A stretch of DNA of 64,000 bases from an uncultured Alphaproteobacteria bacterium (GCA_902562285.1 CACESU010000002.1:74283-138282); one strand, 5' to 3'. Shown: positions 20,181 through 30,701, counted from the stretch's first letter. A program made the numbers and translations. The notes: a model not told the origin generated them from the sequence alone.

Positions 20181-21251
20181 TTAAAAACCTGATTTAATAA
20201 GCTCAAATTCCTTTATCATTCTTTCTCTTAATTTTGGGTCTGAAGGTTTCTGAAACAAAGATCCTTCTGTATAACTAGATAATGGTCCCCATCCATTTTC
20301 TTTTCCAACAGTTGCCATAACATTTTTATTAGTATGACCATAGCCCCATTCATTTAACATATGTGCTGCAGATGCGTCATCAAGCCATGCATCCAAAAAA
20401 TCATATGCTTTTTCTTCAGAACCAGGAGCATCTTTCATCATGGTATATCCACATACCCATGTCGAAGAACCTTCCTTAGTATCTCTATTAAAAATTACTT
20501 TAGGGGCATTTTCTTCAAAACTCATAGTGAAAGCAACTTCGTTCCAAGTCCATTCTAAGAGAATTTCACCACTCATCATCAATGCAGAACCTTCTGCTCC
20601 ATCAGCATGATACTGCCTAACATTTTTATGTACTTTTCTTAGAAAATCAGATGCTTTTTTAAAGTCCTCATCAGTTGCTTTTGTCCAATCTTTAACTCCA
20701 ACGGCTAAAAAACCTAGTGCGTAGGCATCATCAACATTATCAATTAAGGAAACTCTGCCTTGAAATTTTGGATCAGCAAAAGCTTGTAGTGAACTTGCAT
20801 CTTCTTTTGACACCTGATCAGCATTATAAGTAAGAGCAGTTGCACCCCAATCTATAGGTAAAGCCCATTGAACTCCATCAACTTGAAAACCTTCCATTCC
20901 AGCAAATCCAGGGTCTACTTTATTCCAGTTTTTTAATCTACTGGTATCTATAGGAACAATGATATCAGCATTTCTCCATTTTACTACTGATTGAGAACAA
21001 GGATGACCAAGATCAGCTCTGAAACCAGCCCTTACCTTTTGAAATGCTTCCTCTTCATCAGAAAAGAAAGAGTAAGTTGGTGAGTCCCCATATTTTTCAA
21101 CGTAAGCACCAAAAAAACCAGGATCTTCGTATCCACCCCAGTCAAAAACAATTAAATCACTGTCTGCTGCAAGAGATATATTTGCAAAAAACAGTGAGAA
21201 AACAAATGACAAAAAATTAATAGGATTTAATTTCATATTTTTCTCCCTCAT
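20181..21251 (-). CDS. PotD/PotF-type periplasmic polyamine-binding protein
   Basis: 356 aa with a signal peptide (FLSFVFSLFFANISLA). Size and composition fit family-1 SBPs of the PotD class. It is convergent with the permease/ATPase genes. Confidence 0.75.
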   Translation of the reverse strand: MREKNMKLNPINFLSFVFSLFFANISLAADSDLIVFDWGGYEDPGFFGAYVEKYGDSPTYSFFSDEEEAFQKVRAGFRADLGHPCSQSVVKWRNADIIVPIDTSRLKNWNKVDPGFAGMEGFQVDGVQWALPIDWGATALTYNADQVSKEDASSLQAFADPKFQGRVSLIDNVDDAYALGFLAVGVKDWTKATDEDFKKASDFLRKVHKNVRQYHADGAEGSALMMSGEILLEWTWNEVAFTMSFEENAPKVIFNRDTKEGSSTWVCGYTMMKDAPGSEEKAYDFLDAWLDDASAAHMLNEWGYGHTNKNVMATVGKENGWGPLSSYTEGSLFQKPSDPKLRERMIKEFELIKSGF

Positions 21252-21298
21252 AAAATATAAATTAATTTAGTTATTTCTATGTATAAAGAATGTAAACA

Positions 21299-22675
21299 TT
21301 ATTTTAGATTTTTTTCAACCTCTGACACTGCATCATCTAATATATCAAACATTAAATCAATTTCTGATTTAGTTATTATGAGAGGTGGTGAAAATACACA
21401 CATATTTATAATAGGTCTTACTAACAGGCCTCTTTTTTCTGCAGCCTTATCAATCAAAGATCCAAAGTGATGATCAATTTCCAGACGTTTTTTCTCATCT
21501 AACGAGGGGTTGCTGTACCCTTCTAGACATCCTAACAACCCAATTCCTCTTGCATCACCAATACAGTCATATTTTTCACCTAATTTATTTAATCTAGATT
21601 GGAAATAAGGAGTAATATCTCTAACATGATCAAGAATTTTTTCTTCTTCAATAATTTCAATTGTTTTTAGGGCTGCCGCAGATGCAATAGGATGTCCTGA
21701 ATATGTAAAACCATTTGAGAAAAGAAGATCATTGGTATGCGTACTTTTTTTTATATCCTCAATTAATGAATCCGAAATAATCGTTGCTCCCATAGGAATA
21801 TATCCAGATGTTAACCCTTTTGCACATGTTATAATATCGGGTGTAAAATCGAACACATCCTCTGAAGAAAACCAATGACCTAGCCTACCAAATGCTGTAA
21901 CAACTTCGTCTGAAATATATAATACATCGTATTTCTTACAAATTTCGTAAGTTTTTTTATGATACCCTTTAGGGGGTATAATGACACCTCCTGATGCCAG
22001 CACTGGTTCAGCCACAAAAGCAGCTACTTTGCTAGGCCCAATTTCTAAAATAGTATTTTCTAGTTCTGATACTTTTTGATTGCACCATTCTTGTTCTGAA
22101 CACTTACCTCTTAGATTTGGGTTTACGTCACTAAGAAATTTTATGCCACTAACTATTGTATCTAGAACTCTTTTATCTCTTTCCTTTCCAGAAATACTAG
22201 CCGAAAGCAAGGTTGATCCATGATAACCTTTTTCACGAGCTATAATTGTTTTTTTTTCACCTTTATTTAAACAATTGAAATAGTAATGAACAAACCTTAC
22301 TGCACTATCTAAAGCTGTAGATCCACAAGTTGTAAAAAAAACGGTGTTCAAATTTTTTGGAGTAAGAGTAGCTATTTTTTTTGCTAATAAAGCTGATGGT
22401 TCTGCCGTTGCAAACCAAGGACTAAAATAAGAGAGTTTTTCACATTGTAGTGCAATTTCTTTAGCAATTTCTTTTCGTCCATATCCAAGATTAACGCACC
22501 ACATACCACCTGGGCCGTCAATATATTTTTTCCCATTTTCATCGAATAAGTAAATTCCATCTGAATTTGTTATGATTTTATACTCAGAATTATCAGTTCT
22601 ACAATCTTCCCAAGGATGCAGGAAGTGTTGACTGTCATAATCTTTGATAAAATTATTATTTAAAAAAGAATTCAT
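21299..22675 (-). CDS. Class III (omega) aminotransferase, SpuC/putrescine-pyruvate type
   Basis: 458 aa with ISDEVVTAFGRLG and the PLP lysine context TCAKGLTSGY. Confidence 0.85.
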   Translation of the reverse strand: MNSFLNNNFIKDYDSQHFLHPWEDCRTDNSEYKIITNSDGIYLFDENGKKYIDGPGGMWCVNLGYGRKEIAKEIALQCEKLSYFSPWFATAEPSALLAKKIATLTPKNLNTVFFTTCGSTALDSAVRFVHYYFNCLNKGEKKTIIAREKGYHGSTLLSASISGKERDKRVLDTIVSGIKFLSDVNPNLRGKCSEQEWCNQKVSELENTILEIGPSKVAAFVAEPVLASGGVIIPPKGYHKKTYEICKKYDVLYISDEVVTAFGRLGHWFSSEDVFDFTPDIITCAKGLTSGYIPMGATIISDSLIEDIKKSTHTNDLLFSNGFTYSGHPIASAAALKTIEIIEEEKILDHVRDITPYFQSRLNKLGEKYDCIGDARGIGLLGCLEGYSNPSLDEKKRLEIDHHFGSLIDKAAEKRGLLVRPIINMCVFSPPLIITKSEIDLMFDILDDAVSEVEKNLK

Positions 22676-22818
22676 ACATACCTATTTATCGATCATATAG
22701 TTAAACCATATCTTGTTAATAAGACAAAAGTCCATTAGATTTATATATAGTTTTTATTTTTTTTTAAGTAATCGAATATAATTTAAATTTTTTGATTATG
22801 ATTTGGAATTTTTAAGCC

Positions 22819-23787
22819 ATGACTAAACAGGGTGACCAAGCTTTTAGAGTTGATAGTAGTATAGAAAAATGGAGTGAAATGACTTATGGAGGTGCTGTAA
22901 GTTTTTTAAGAAGACAATATTCTAGAGATTTAAGTAACGTAGATATTGTAATCTCTGGTTTGCCTTATGATGCAGCGACTACTAATAGACCTGGTGCCAG
23001 ATTTGGTCCTAGAGCTATTAGAGAAGCTTCAACTCAATTAGCAGAGCTTAAATCCTTTCCATTTGGTTTTGAAGTCACAGAAATACTCAAAATTATCGAC
23101 TGGGGTGATTGTTTTATTTCCCCGCATAAACCAGATACTATAATTTCAACAATTACAAATCATGCAAATGAAATTTTAAAAGAAAACTGCAAAATGTTGA
23201 CTTTTGGTGGAGATCATTTTGTTAGTTATCCACTTATTAAAGCTCATGCTGAAAAATATGGTCCAATAAGTTTATTACAATTTGATGCTCATTGTGATAC
23301 ATGGGAGGATGATGGGTGCTCTTTAGATCATGGAACAATGTTTGCTAGAGCGGTAAAAGAAGGCTTAATTGATGTAAATTCATCAACTCAAATTGGACTT
23401 CGAACATATAATGATGACGATTATGGATTTGAGATTTTATCAGCACCATGGGTTCATAGGAATGGGATCCAAAAAAGTTTAGATATAATAAAAAAAAGAG
23501 CCCAAAATAATCCATTATATATTTCTTTTGATGTTGATGGATTAGATCCAGCTTTCGCTCCTGGCACGGGAACCCCAGTATCTGGTGGATTGGCTAGTTG
23601 GCAAGCATTAGAGTTAATTCGAGGGTTACATGAATGTAACTTAATTGGCTTAGATATAGTAGAGGTTTCACCACCATATGATCATGCTGAGATTACCTCT
23701 ATTATAGCTGCTACAATTGCATTTGATTGGTTATGCATATTAGCAAAAAAAACTGGAGTAAAAGAAAATAAAATTGGCCGAATATGA
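22819..23787 (+). CDS. Agmatinase-family ureohydrolase (agmatinase or guanidino-acid hydrolase)
   Basis: Has the Mn-ligand motifs GGDHFVSYP, QFDAHCDTW and SFDVDGLDP, plus RPGARFGPRAIR near the N-terminus. Confidence 0.85.
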   Translation: MTKQGDQAFRVDSSIEKWSEMTYGGAVSFLRRQYSRDLSNVDIVISGLPYDAATTNRPGARFGPRAIREASTQLAELKSFPFGFEVTEILKIIDWGDCFISPHKPDTIISTITNHANEILKENCKMLTFGGDHFVSYPLIKAHAEKYGPISLLQFDAHCDTWEDDGCSLDHGTMFARAVKEGLIDVNSSTQIGLRTYNDDDYGFEILSAPWVHRNGIQKSLDIIKKRAQNNPLYISFDVDGLDPAFAPGTGTPVSGGLASWQALELIRGLHECNLIGLDIVEVSPPYDHAEITSIIAATIAFDWLCILAKKTGVKENKIGRI

Positions 23788-23796
23788 AGAGGTATT

Positions 23797-25158
23797 ATGC
23801 TAAAAAAAACTCAAAGTAAATTTCCTAAGGTGCTCCAGGGGTGGTTAGGTCATAAAAAAATTGAAGAAATAGAATGTGTGATTTCTGATATGGCGGGTGT
23901 TGTAAGAGGTAAAGCAATGCCACTTTCAAAATTTGAAAAATTAGAAAATGTATACATGCCTTTATCAATTTTTTATCAAACAATTTCTGGTGATTATGTT
24001 GATTTACCTATTGTTGATCAGTGGACAGAAAACGATATGGTACTTACCCCAGATCTTTCTACGGCTGTTTGTTCACCATGGGCTGAGGATGTTACAGTTC
24101 AAGTAATTTGTGATGTAAATGACTTAGCAGGCAATCCCATTGATATTGTCCCACGAAATGTACTTAAAAAAGTAATAAATCTTTATAAACAGAAAGGTTG
24201 GAATCCTCTAGTTGCACCAGAGATCGAATTTTATCTAACTAAACCAAATCTTGACCCTAGTGTTCCAGTAGAACCCACATTAGGAAGAACTGGGAGGAAA
24301 GTAGCTTCTCGTCAGGCTTACAGTATGACAGCTGTTGATGAGTACGGCAGAGTTATAGATGATATTTATGATTTTGCCGAAGCGCAAGGTTTTGAAATTG
24401 ATACAATCAATCAAGAGGGAGGAGCAGGGCAAATTGAAATAAATCTTGTTCATGGTGACCCTTTAAAATTAGCTGATCAAGTATTTTATTTTAAAAGAAT
24501 GATCAGGGAGGCTGCTTTTAAAAGAGATTGTTTCGCCACTTTTATGGCAAAGCCCATGCAAGAAGAACCTGGGAGTGCTATGCACATACACCAGTCTATT
24601 TGTGAAATTGATACAAGGCAAAATATATTTATAAATAAGAAAGGAGAACCTAGTAAGTATTTTTATAATTTCTTAGCTGGTCAGCAAGAATATTTACCAA
24701 AAGCTATTTGTTTATTAGCACCTTACGTAAACTCCTACAGGCGATATGTTGCAACTGGTTCCGCTCCAATAAATTTGGAATGGGCACGTGATAATAGAAC
24801 TACAGGTCTAAGGATTCCAATTTCCTCACCCAACAATCTTAGAATTGAAAACCGTGTAGTTGGAATGGATTGTAATCCTTATCTAGGCATTGCTGCCTCT
24901 TTAGCATGTGGATTACTGGGAATTAAGAAAAAATTAAGGCCTAGAGACGCTTTACAAGGAGAGGCCTATTCAATGCCCCGTGCCCTTCCACAAGGGTTGA
25001 TAGAAGGATTAGAATTATTTAATCAAGCTCCAGAATTAGAAAGTATATTAGGTAAGTCTTTTTGTTCAATCTATAAAGCTCTAAAGAGATACGAAGCAGA
25101 GGCTTTTTTACAAGTTATAAGTTCTTGGGAAAGAGAACATCTTTTATTAAATGTCTAA
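23797..25158 (+). CDS. Glutamine synthetase-like gamma-glutamyl-polyamine synthetase (PuuA-like)
   Basis: Has PEIEFYL, NQEGGAGQIEINL, FMAKPMQEEPGSAMHIHQS, NSYRR, NRTTGLRIP and RIENRV. Confidence 0.8.
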   Translation: MLKKTQSKFPKVLQGWLGHKKIEEIECVISDMAGVVRGKAMPLSKFEKLENVYMPLSIFYQTISGDYVDLPIVDQWTENDMVLTPDLSTAVCSPWAEDVTVQVICDVNDLAGNPIDIVPRNVLKKVINLYKQKGWNPLVAPEIEFYLTKPNLDPSVPVEPTLGRTGRKVASRQAYSMTAVDEYGRVIDDIYDFAEAQGFEIDTINQEGGAGQIEINLVHGDPLKLADQVFYFKRMIREAAFKRDCFATFMAKPMQEEPGSAMHIHQSICEIDTRQNIFINKKGEPSKYFYNFLAGQQEYLPKAICLLAPYVNSYRRYVATGSAPINLEWARDNRTTGLRIPISSPNNLRIENRVVGMDCNPYLGIAASLACGLLGIKKKLRPRDALQGEAYSMPRALPQGLIEGLELFNQAPELESILGKSFCSIYKALKRYEAEAFLQVISSWEREHLLLNV

Positions 25159-26467
25159 AATAGACTTACTAAAAATTAATGATCCAAAAGGTGAACTACC
25201 TGATAGTTTTTATAAATACTGTATAAAAAAAGAGATTAAATATCCTACCTTAAGTAAAGATTATAAATCTCAAATCTGTATAATAGGTGCTGGTTACACG
25301 GGTCTTTCTGCAGGATTATGTTTGTCTGAATCAGGATTTGAGGTCATAATTTTAGAAGCCAACAGAGTTGGTTTTGGTGCATCCGGCCGAAACGGAGGCC
25401 AAGTTGGGTCAGGGCAAAGATGGGATCAAGAGAAAATAGAAAAACATTTTGGATTTCATAAAGCAAAAATATTTTGGGAAATATCACAAGATGCCAAGAA
25501 AGAAGTAATTTCAAGAATTAAATTACATAATATTGATTGTGATTTTTCTAGTGGAATCATAAATACGACTATCAATAGTAAAGATACTAAAAATTTATTT
25601 GATGAAGTAAATAATCTTACGAAAAAGTATCAATATAATAAAATTCAAAAACTCTCATCATCTGAGCTTTCAAAAATTATTGATACAGATCTCTATGATG
25701 GTGGTTGCCTTGATTTTGGAGCTGGGCATTTGAACCCACTTAAATTTGTACAAGGCTTGGGGATTGCTGCAAAAAAAAATAATGTACAAATTTTTGAAAA
25801 ATGCTGTGTTGAAAAAATTGACTATGGTAAGAAGAATACTATTTCACTTTCAAATGGTTATAAAGTAATTAGTGATTACCTCATAATTGCATGTAATGGT
25901 TATTTAGGGAATTTAGAACCAAATATCTCTTCAAGAGTTATGCCAATAAATAATTTCATTCTAACTACAGAAGTTTTAGGAAATAATTTACTAAATTCCT
26001 TTTTAAAAAATAATTATGCTGTGGCTGATAATAAGTTTGTGCCAAATTATTTTAGACCTTCTCCAGATAACAGACTAATATTTGGAGGTGGAGAGAATTA
26101 TACGTATCGTTTTCCAAAAGATATAAAAACAATTGTAAGAAAAAAAATGCTGAAAGTTTATCCCCAACTTATAAATACTAGAATTGATTTTGCATGGGGG
26201 GGCACTTTGGCTGTAACTAGGAATCGTCTTCCTTATTTTGCCAAAATACAACCAAATGCTTTCTCAGCTTCTGGATATTCTGGGCATGGAGTAGCATTAT
26301 CCGTTTTAGCAGGAAGGATTATTGCTGAGTTAATTGAAGGAGACTCAAAAAGATTCAATTTTATGAATAACATCCCAATAAAACCCTTCCCTGGAAATTC
26401 AAATTTTCAATGGACTTTATTAGTTTTAGGCATGCTATGGTACTCTTTAAGAGATAGATTTAAGTAA
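25151..26467 (+). CDS. FAD-dependent oxidoreductase (PuuB/DadA-like gamma-glutamyl-amine oxidase)
   Basis: Has the dinucleotide fold ICIIGAGYTGLSAG and overlaps the upstream GS-like gene by 8 nt, suggesting translational coupling. Confidence 0.75.
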   Translation: MSKIDLLKINDPKGELPDSFYKYCIKKEIKYPTLSKDYKSQICIIGAGYTGLSAGLCLSESGFEVIILEANRVGFGASGRNGGQVGSGQRWDQEKIEKHFGFHKAKIFWEISQDAKKEVISRIKLHNIDCDFSSGIINTTINSKDTKNLFDEVNNLTKKYQYNKIQKLSSSELSKIIDTDLYDGGCLDFGAGHLNPLKFVQGLGIAAKKNNVQIFEKCCVEKIDYGKKNTISLSNGYKVISDYLIIACNGYLGNLEPNISSRVMPINNFILTTEVLGNNLLNSFLKNNYAVADNKFVPNYFRPSPDNRLIFGGGENYTYRFPKDIKTIVRKKMLKVYPQLINTRIDFAWGGTLAVTRNRLPYFAKIQPNAFSASGYSGHGVALSVLAGRIIAELIEGDSKRFNFMNNIPIKPFPGNSNFQWTLLVLGMLWYSLRDRFK

Positions 26468-26552
26468 AAAACATTTTTTTAGAATACTCATATTGACTTT
26501 CAAATCAAATACGTCATAAGGCGTATATCGATTTATGTACTGGAGGAATGTA

Positions 26553-27554
26553 ATGGCTGTTAAGGTTGGAATAAATGGTTTTGGTCGAATTGGTAGAAAT
26601 GTATTGAGAGCAATCCTTGAATCTGGTCGAACAGATATTGAAGTAATTGAAATTAATGATTTGGGGCCTGTAGAAACTAATGCTCATTTATTAAAATACG
26701 ATAGTATCCATGGTCGTTTCCCCGGCAAAGTGAAAGTTTCTGATGGTAAAATTGATACTGGTACAGGATTAATAAATGTTTCTCAGGAGAGAGACCCTGC
26801 AAATTTACAATGGAAAGATGTAGACATTGCTCTAGAGTGCACAGGGATTTTTACTGATAAAGAAAAAGCATCTTTACACTTAAAGAATGGATCTAAGAGA
26901 GTTTTAGTCTCTGCTCCTTCTAAGGGTGCTGATAAAACGATTGTATATGGAGTGAATCACAAAAGTTTAACTTCAGATCATATAATTGTTTCTAATGCTT
27001 CATGCACTACAAATTGTCTAGCTCCCGTAGCAAAGGTTTTGCATGAAAATTTTGGTATTACAACAGCTTACATGACTACTATTCACAGTTATACGGGAGA
27101 TCAACCTTCATTAGACACAATGCATCAAGATCTTTATAGATCAAGAGCCGCAACTTTAAGTATGATCCCAACTTCTACTGGAGCTGCGAAAGCAGTTTCT
27201 CTTGTCATGCCTGAATTAGCAGGTAAGATGGATGGTGCTGCAATTAGGGTTCCTACACCAAATGTTTCTTGTATTGACTTAAAGTTTTTAACTGAAAAAC
27301 CTGTTACTATTGATGAGATAAATAATGTAATCAAAGAAGCATCAGAAGGATACTTGAATGGAATTTTGGGATATGATGAAAATTCTTTAGTTTCTAGTGA
27401 CTTCAATCATTCTTCGCAGTCATCTACTTTTGCAGCACAACAAACAAAAGTGTTACCATCAGGTATGACTAGGATTTTATCCTGGTATGACAATGAATGG
27501 GGTTTTTCTAACAGAATGGCCGATACAGCAGTAGTTATAGGTAAATTATTATAG
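26553..27554 (+). CDS. gap: Glyceraldehyde-3-phosphate dehydrogenase
   Basis: Has MAVKVGINGFGRIGR and the active site SNASCTTNCL. The ATG at 26553 follows GGAGGA; the track start at 26535 is probably too early. Confidence 0.95.
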   Translation: MAVKVGINGFGRIGRNVLRAILESGRTDIEVIEINDLGPVETNAHLLKYDSIHGRFPGKVKVSDGKIDTGTGLINVSQERDPANLQWKDVDIALECTGIFTDKEKASLHLKNGSKRVLVSAPSKGADKTIVYGVNHKSLTSDHIIVSNASCTTNCLAPVAKVLHENFGITTAYMTTIHSYTGDQPSLDTMHQDLYRSRAATLSMIPTSTGAAKAVSLVMPELAGKMDGAAIRVPTPNVSCIDLKFLTEKPVTIDEINNVIKEASEGYLNGILGYDENSLVSSDFNHSSQSSTFAAQQTKVLPSGMTRILSWYDNEWGFSNRMADTAVVIGKLL

Positions 27555-27716
27555 AATGAAGAAATCTTAAGTTTTTTTTAGCAAGTATAGTTTCGTGTTT
27601 GATATATTTTTCCAATTCAGGCAAAGATATATAACCTCTTGAAGTATAGTTAATAAAGTTTAAATAACGGGATGTGAGTCACCTATATTAAGATTATTTC
27701 TTTGGTTATATTAAAT

Positions 27717-27962
27717 ATGAAAATTCCAAGTCCTTGCATAGATGTTTGTAAATACAAATTTAAACACCACTGTATTGGTTGTTCAATGACAAAAAACCAA
27801 AAGAAATTATTCAAAAAATTGAAATCTAATTATAATAAGAAAAAATTTATTAATTTAATTTATAATCAACAAAAAGCTTTTGGTAAATTTAAACACTGGG
27901 AAAAAATCTACCAAAAAAAATGTGATAAAAAAGATATAAATTTTAAAAATTTAATTATTTAA
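27717..27962 (+). CDS. DUF1289-family small Cys-rich (Fe-S-like) protein
   Basis: SPCIDVCKYKFKHHCIGCSMTKNQ matches the DUF1289 CxxxC...CxxC pattern. The ATG at 27717 is preferred over the TTG at 27702. Confidence 0.65.
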   Translation: MKIPSPCIDVCKYKFKHHCIGCSMTKNQKKLFKKLKSNYNKKKFINLIYNQQKAFGKFKHWEKIYQKKCDKKDINFKNLII

Positions 27963-28425
27963 GATGAGAATTAAGTAACCAGGCAAATTTCTCGTGTACT
28001 TGCCCTCTAGTAATGGCCAAGTCTTGAGTCAACAAATCTCCATTTTTCTCTGCAACTACTGCAACTCCACTTAATGTAGAAGCTACAGTTGTCTCAGCTT
28101 CCGCTAAGAGTTTAATCATTTCTTTATCGCTTATTTTCCCATCACTTTCTAAAACTTTTGAGTCAGCAACCATTTTTTCCAGCATACCATTAGCATGTCC
28201 TCCAATTGCTTTAATTCTCTCTGCTAACTCGTCTTGAGCTTCGAAGTGATCTTCATATATTCTTTGAAATAATTCATGAAGTGGACCAAAAGCCATTCCA
28301 GTAACATTCCAATGAAAATTTTGAGCCATCATTGTTGTTATTACTAGTTCTGCAATACTTTGGTTTAGCGCTTCTGAAATTGCGTTTTTTGAGTCAACAC
28401 TCAAAACTCTTTCAGTCTGTCCCAT
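27955..28425 (-). CDS. dps: Dps-family DNA-binding ferritin-like protein
   Basis: 156 aa with ferroxidase-centre residues in HWNVTG...LHELF...DELAER. Confidence 0.85.
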   Translation of the reverse strand: MGQTERVLSVDSKNAISEALNQSIAELVITTMMAQNFHWNVTGMAFGPLHELFQRIYEDHFEAQDELAERIKAIGGHANGMLEKMVADSKVLESDGKISDKEMIKLLAEAETTVASTLSGVAVVAEKNGDLLTQDLAITRGQVHEKFAWLLNSHLK

Positions 28426-28442
28426 TGGCTACTCCTATTTTG

Positions 28443-28871
28443 CTATAAAGATCTAAGGTCTTTTACAAGACCATCTATTAGAAAAGATATATAAGACCTC
28501 TTGTTTAAATTTTCTACCCTACTATTAATTAAAAATTTTGTACTTATTAGATCATTTGATTTGTAACTATTTATAAGACTAACTATCCATTGTTCGTCAA
28601 AACTTAGGTTTTTTTCACCTGGATTTCTGAAAATTGGTTTTTTTCCAATAACCTCTTCAAGTGTCCTTAAAATATTATATGCAAAATATTTAGCTGATTT
28701 TTTCTTATCTATTTGAATCAATTTACAAGCTTCATCGATACTAATTCGTGATTCTTTTCTACAATCAATCATTAAGAATCGTAACTTATTTACTACATGA
28801 ACTATTTCTTTTTTTTCACAAATATTAGATTGTGAATTTCTTTTTTCTGTAAAATTATCAGATAAAAGCAT
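28443..28871 (-). CDS. Hypothetical protein (orphan), probably co-transcribed with dps
   Basis: A 142-aa ORF with a coding-like Lys/Ile-rich composition, lying 17 nt upstream of dps on the same strand. No motif was recognised. Confidence 0.45.
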   Translation of the reverse strand: MLLSDNFTEKRNSQSNICEKKEIVHVVNKLRFLMIDCRKESRISIDEACKLIQIDKKKSAKYFAYNILRTLEEVIGKKPIFRNPGEKNLSFDEQWIVSLINSYKSNDLISTKFLINSRVENLNKRSYISFLIDGLVKDLRSL

Positions 28872-29059
28872 ATTATAAATTACTCCCCATCAATAATATA
28901 GTACCAGATTTAAAATTCATCAAATAACTTTTAAAAAATAAAACTATTTATTTTTTATTTATAAAATTTTCTTGTAATTTTTTTAATTTTTAAAGTAACC
29001 TTAATTATAATAAGCAAATAATTATTTTATAACTAATTATTTCTAAAAGGGATAATCAA

Positions 29060-29872
29060 ATGGGTAATAAGTCAAAAAATAAAAAAAATAAATTAAAAAA
29101 TTTTTCAAAGAAAGACTATGAAAGTGAGTTACAGCGTCTTCATTTCGAGTTAATAAAACTACAGGAGTGGGTGAAAAAAACTGGAAAAAGAGTAGCCATT
29201 ATTTTTGAAGGAAGAGATGCAGCTGGTAAAGGTGGTGCAATTTCTCGTATAATTTCCCCACTTAATCCAAGACTTTGTAAAGTAATTGCTCTTGGAACAC
29301 CAACTGAACGAGAAAAAGGACAGTGGTATTTCCAAAGATACATTCAGCATCTTCCAACTGCGGGTGAAATAGTAATTTTTGACAGAAGTTGGTATAATAG
29401 AGCTGGTGTTGAGAGAGTTATGGGATTTTGTTCTGAAGCCCAATATAATAATTTTTTATCTTCTTGTCCCATTTTTGAAAATCTGTTGATACAAGATGGA
29501 ATTAAATTAATTAAATATTGGTTTTCGGTAAGTGATGAAGAACAAGAAAAAAGATTTCAGGAAAGAGCTAGTAATCCATTAAAAAATTGGAAATTAAGCC
29601 CTATGGATTTGGAGTCAAGGAATCGGTGGGTTGAATATAGTAAAGCTAAAGACTTAATGTTTGAACATACTGATACAGACAGAAGTCCATGGTGGGTTGT
29701 TGACGGGGAGGATAAAAAACGAGCAAGATTAAATTGTATTGAACATTTGCTGAGCCAATTTGAATATGCGGACTTTAAGAAATCTAAAGTTAAATTACCT
29801 GCTAGAAGAGAGATTAAAAAACTATCTAGACCTCCAATTGACAGCCAAAAATTTGTTCCACGCATTTGGTAG
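29060..29872 (+). CDS. ppk2: Polyphosphate kinase 2
   Basis: Has the P-loop FEGRDAAGKGG and the lid FDRSWYNRAGVERVMGF. Confidence 0.9.
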   Translation: MGNKSKNKKNKLKNFSKKDYESELQRLHFELIKLQEWVKKTGKRVAIIFEGRDAAGKGGAISRIISPLNPRLCKVIALGTPTEREKGQWYFQRYIQHLPTAGEIVIFDRSWYNRAGVERVMGFCSEAQYNNFLSSCPIFENLLIQDGIKLIKYWFSVSDEEQEKRFQERASNPLKNWKLSPMDLESRNRWVEYSKAKDLMFEHTDTDRSPWWVVDGEDKKRARLNCIEHLLSQFEYADFKKSKVKLPARREIKKLSRPPIDSQKFVPRIW

Positions 29873-29911
29873 CAAAATAATGTTAATACTTCTAAATTAA
29901 CTTTTTTATAT

Positions 29912-30607
29912 TTACCAAGGTATCTCACTCCCGTCGTAATTAAAAAAATGACCGCTGTTTTTGATATCAGTATTTAGGATCACTGACATCATACCCTTTA
30001 TGCTTTCATCAACCGATATTAATGCATTAGGCCCTCCCATATCCGTTCTTACCCAACCTGGATGAAGTGATATAACTGAAATTCCTAAAGGTTTTAAATC
30101 TATAGAAAGTGATTTAACCACTTGATTAAGAGCAGTCTTAGATGATCTATAAATATACATACCTCCACCTCTATTATCATCTATTGAACCGACTTTTGAA
30201 CTGATAAAATATACCTTTTTATCAATACTTAATTCAATATTTTTTATAATTGATTGTGTGATCATAAGTGGTGCAATTAAATTAATCTTCAAAACCTCTA
30301 TCCAAGGATTTGATGATACTTCTTTAAAATGTTGCTTCGAACTTCCAATAACACCAGCGTTATTTATAAAAATATCGATGGGTTTATCACCTAAAAATTT
30401 ACATAAAACTTTGTTTGAATTTTCAGCTATTAAATCCAGTTCACAAATTTCCAGATTATTAGGATATTTTTTTTGGTATTTAATTAAGTCAATTGACTTA
30501 GAAATATTTCTAGTCGTGCAAAAAACTTTTACATTTTGTTCCAAAAATTTTTTAACAAATCCCAATCCCAACCCCCTATTTGCACCGGTTATAAGAACAT
30601 TTTTCAT
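29912..30607 (-). CDS. Short-chain dehydrogenase/reductase (CsgA/C-factor-like)
   Basis: Has ITGANRGLGLG and the catalytic YRSSK. Confidence 0.85.
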   Translation of the reverse strand: MKNVLITGANRGLGLGFVKKFLEQNVKVFCTTRNISKSIDLIKYQKKYPNNLEICELDLIAENSNKVLCKFLGDKPIDIFINNAGVIGSSKQHFKEVSSNPWIEVLKINLIAPLMITQSIIKNIELSIDKKVYFISSKVGSIDDNRGGGMYIYRSSKTALNQVVKSLSIDLKPLGISVISLHPGWVRTDMGGPNALISVDESIKGMMSVILNTDIKNSGHFFNYDGSEIPW

Positions 30608-30701
30608 AACTTACCCCTTCTTCAAAATTAAAATAAATTTTGTGGAATAACTACACTCTTATAAAAAAATTGCAATTTTTCTTTATATAAATTTACTTTG
30701 A

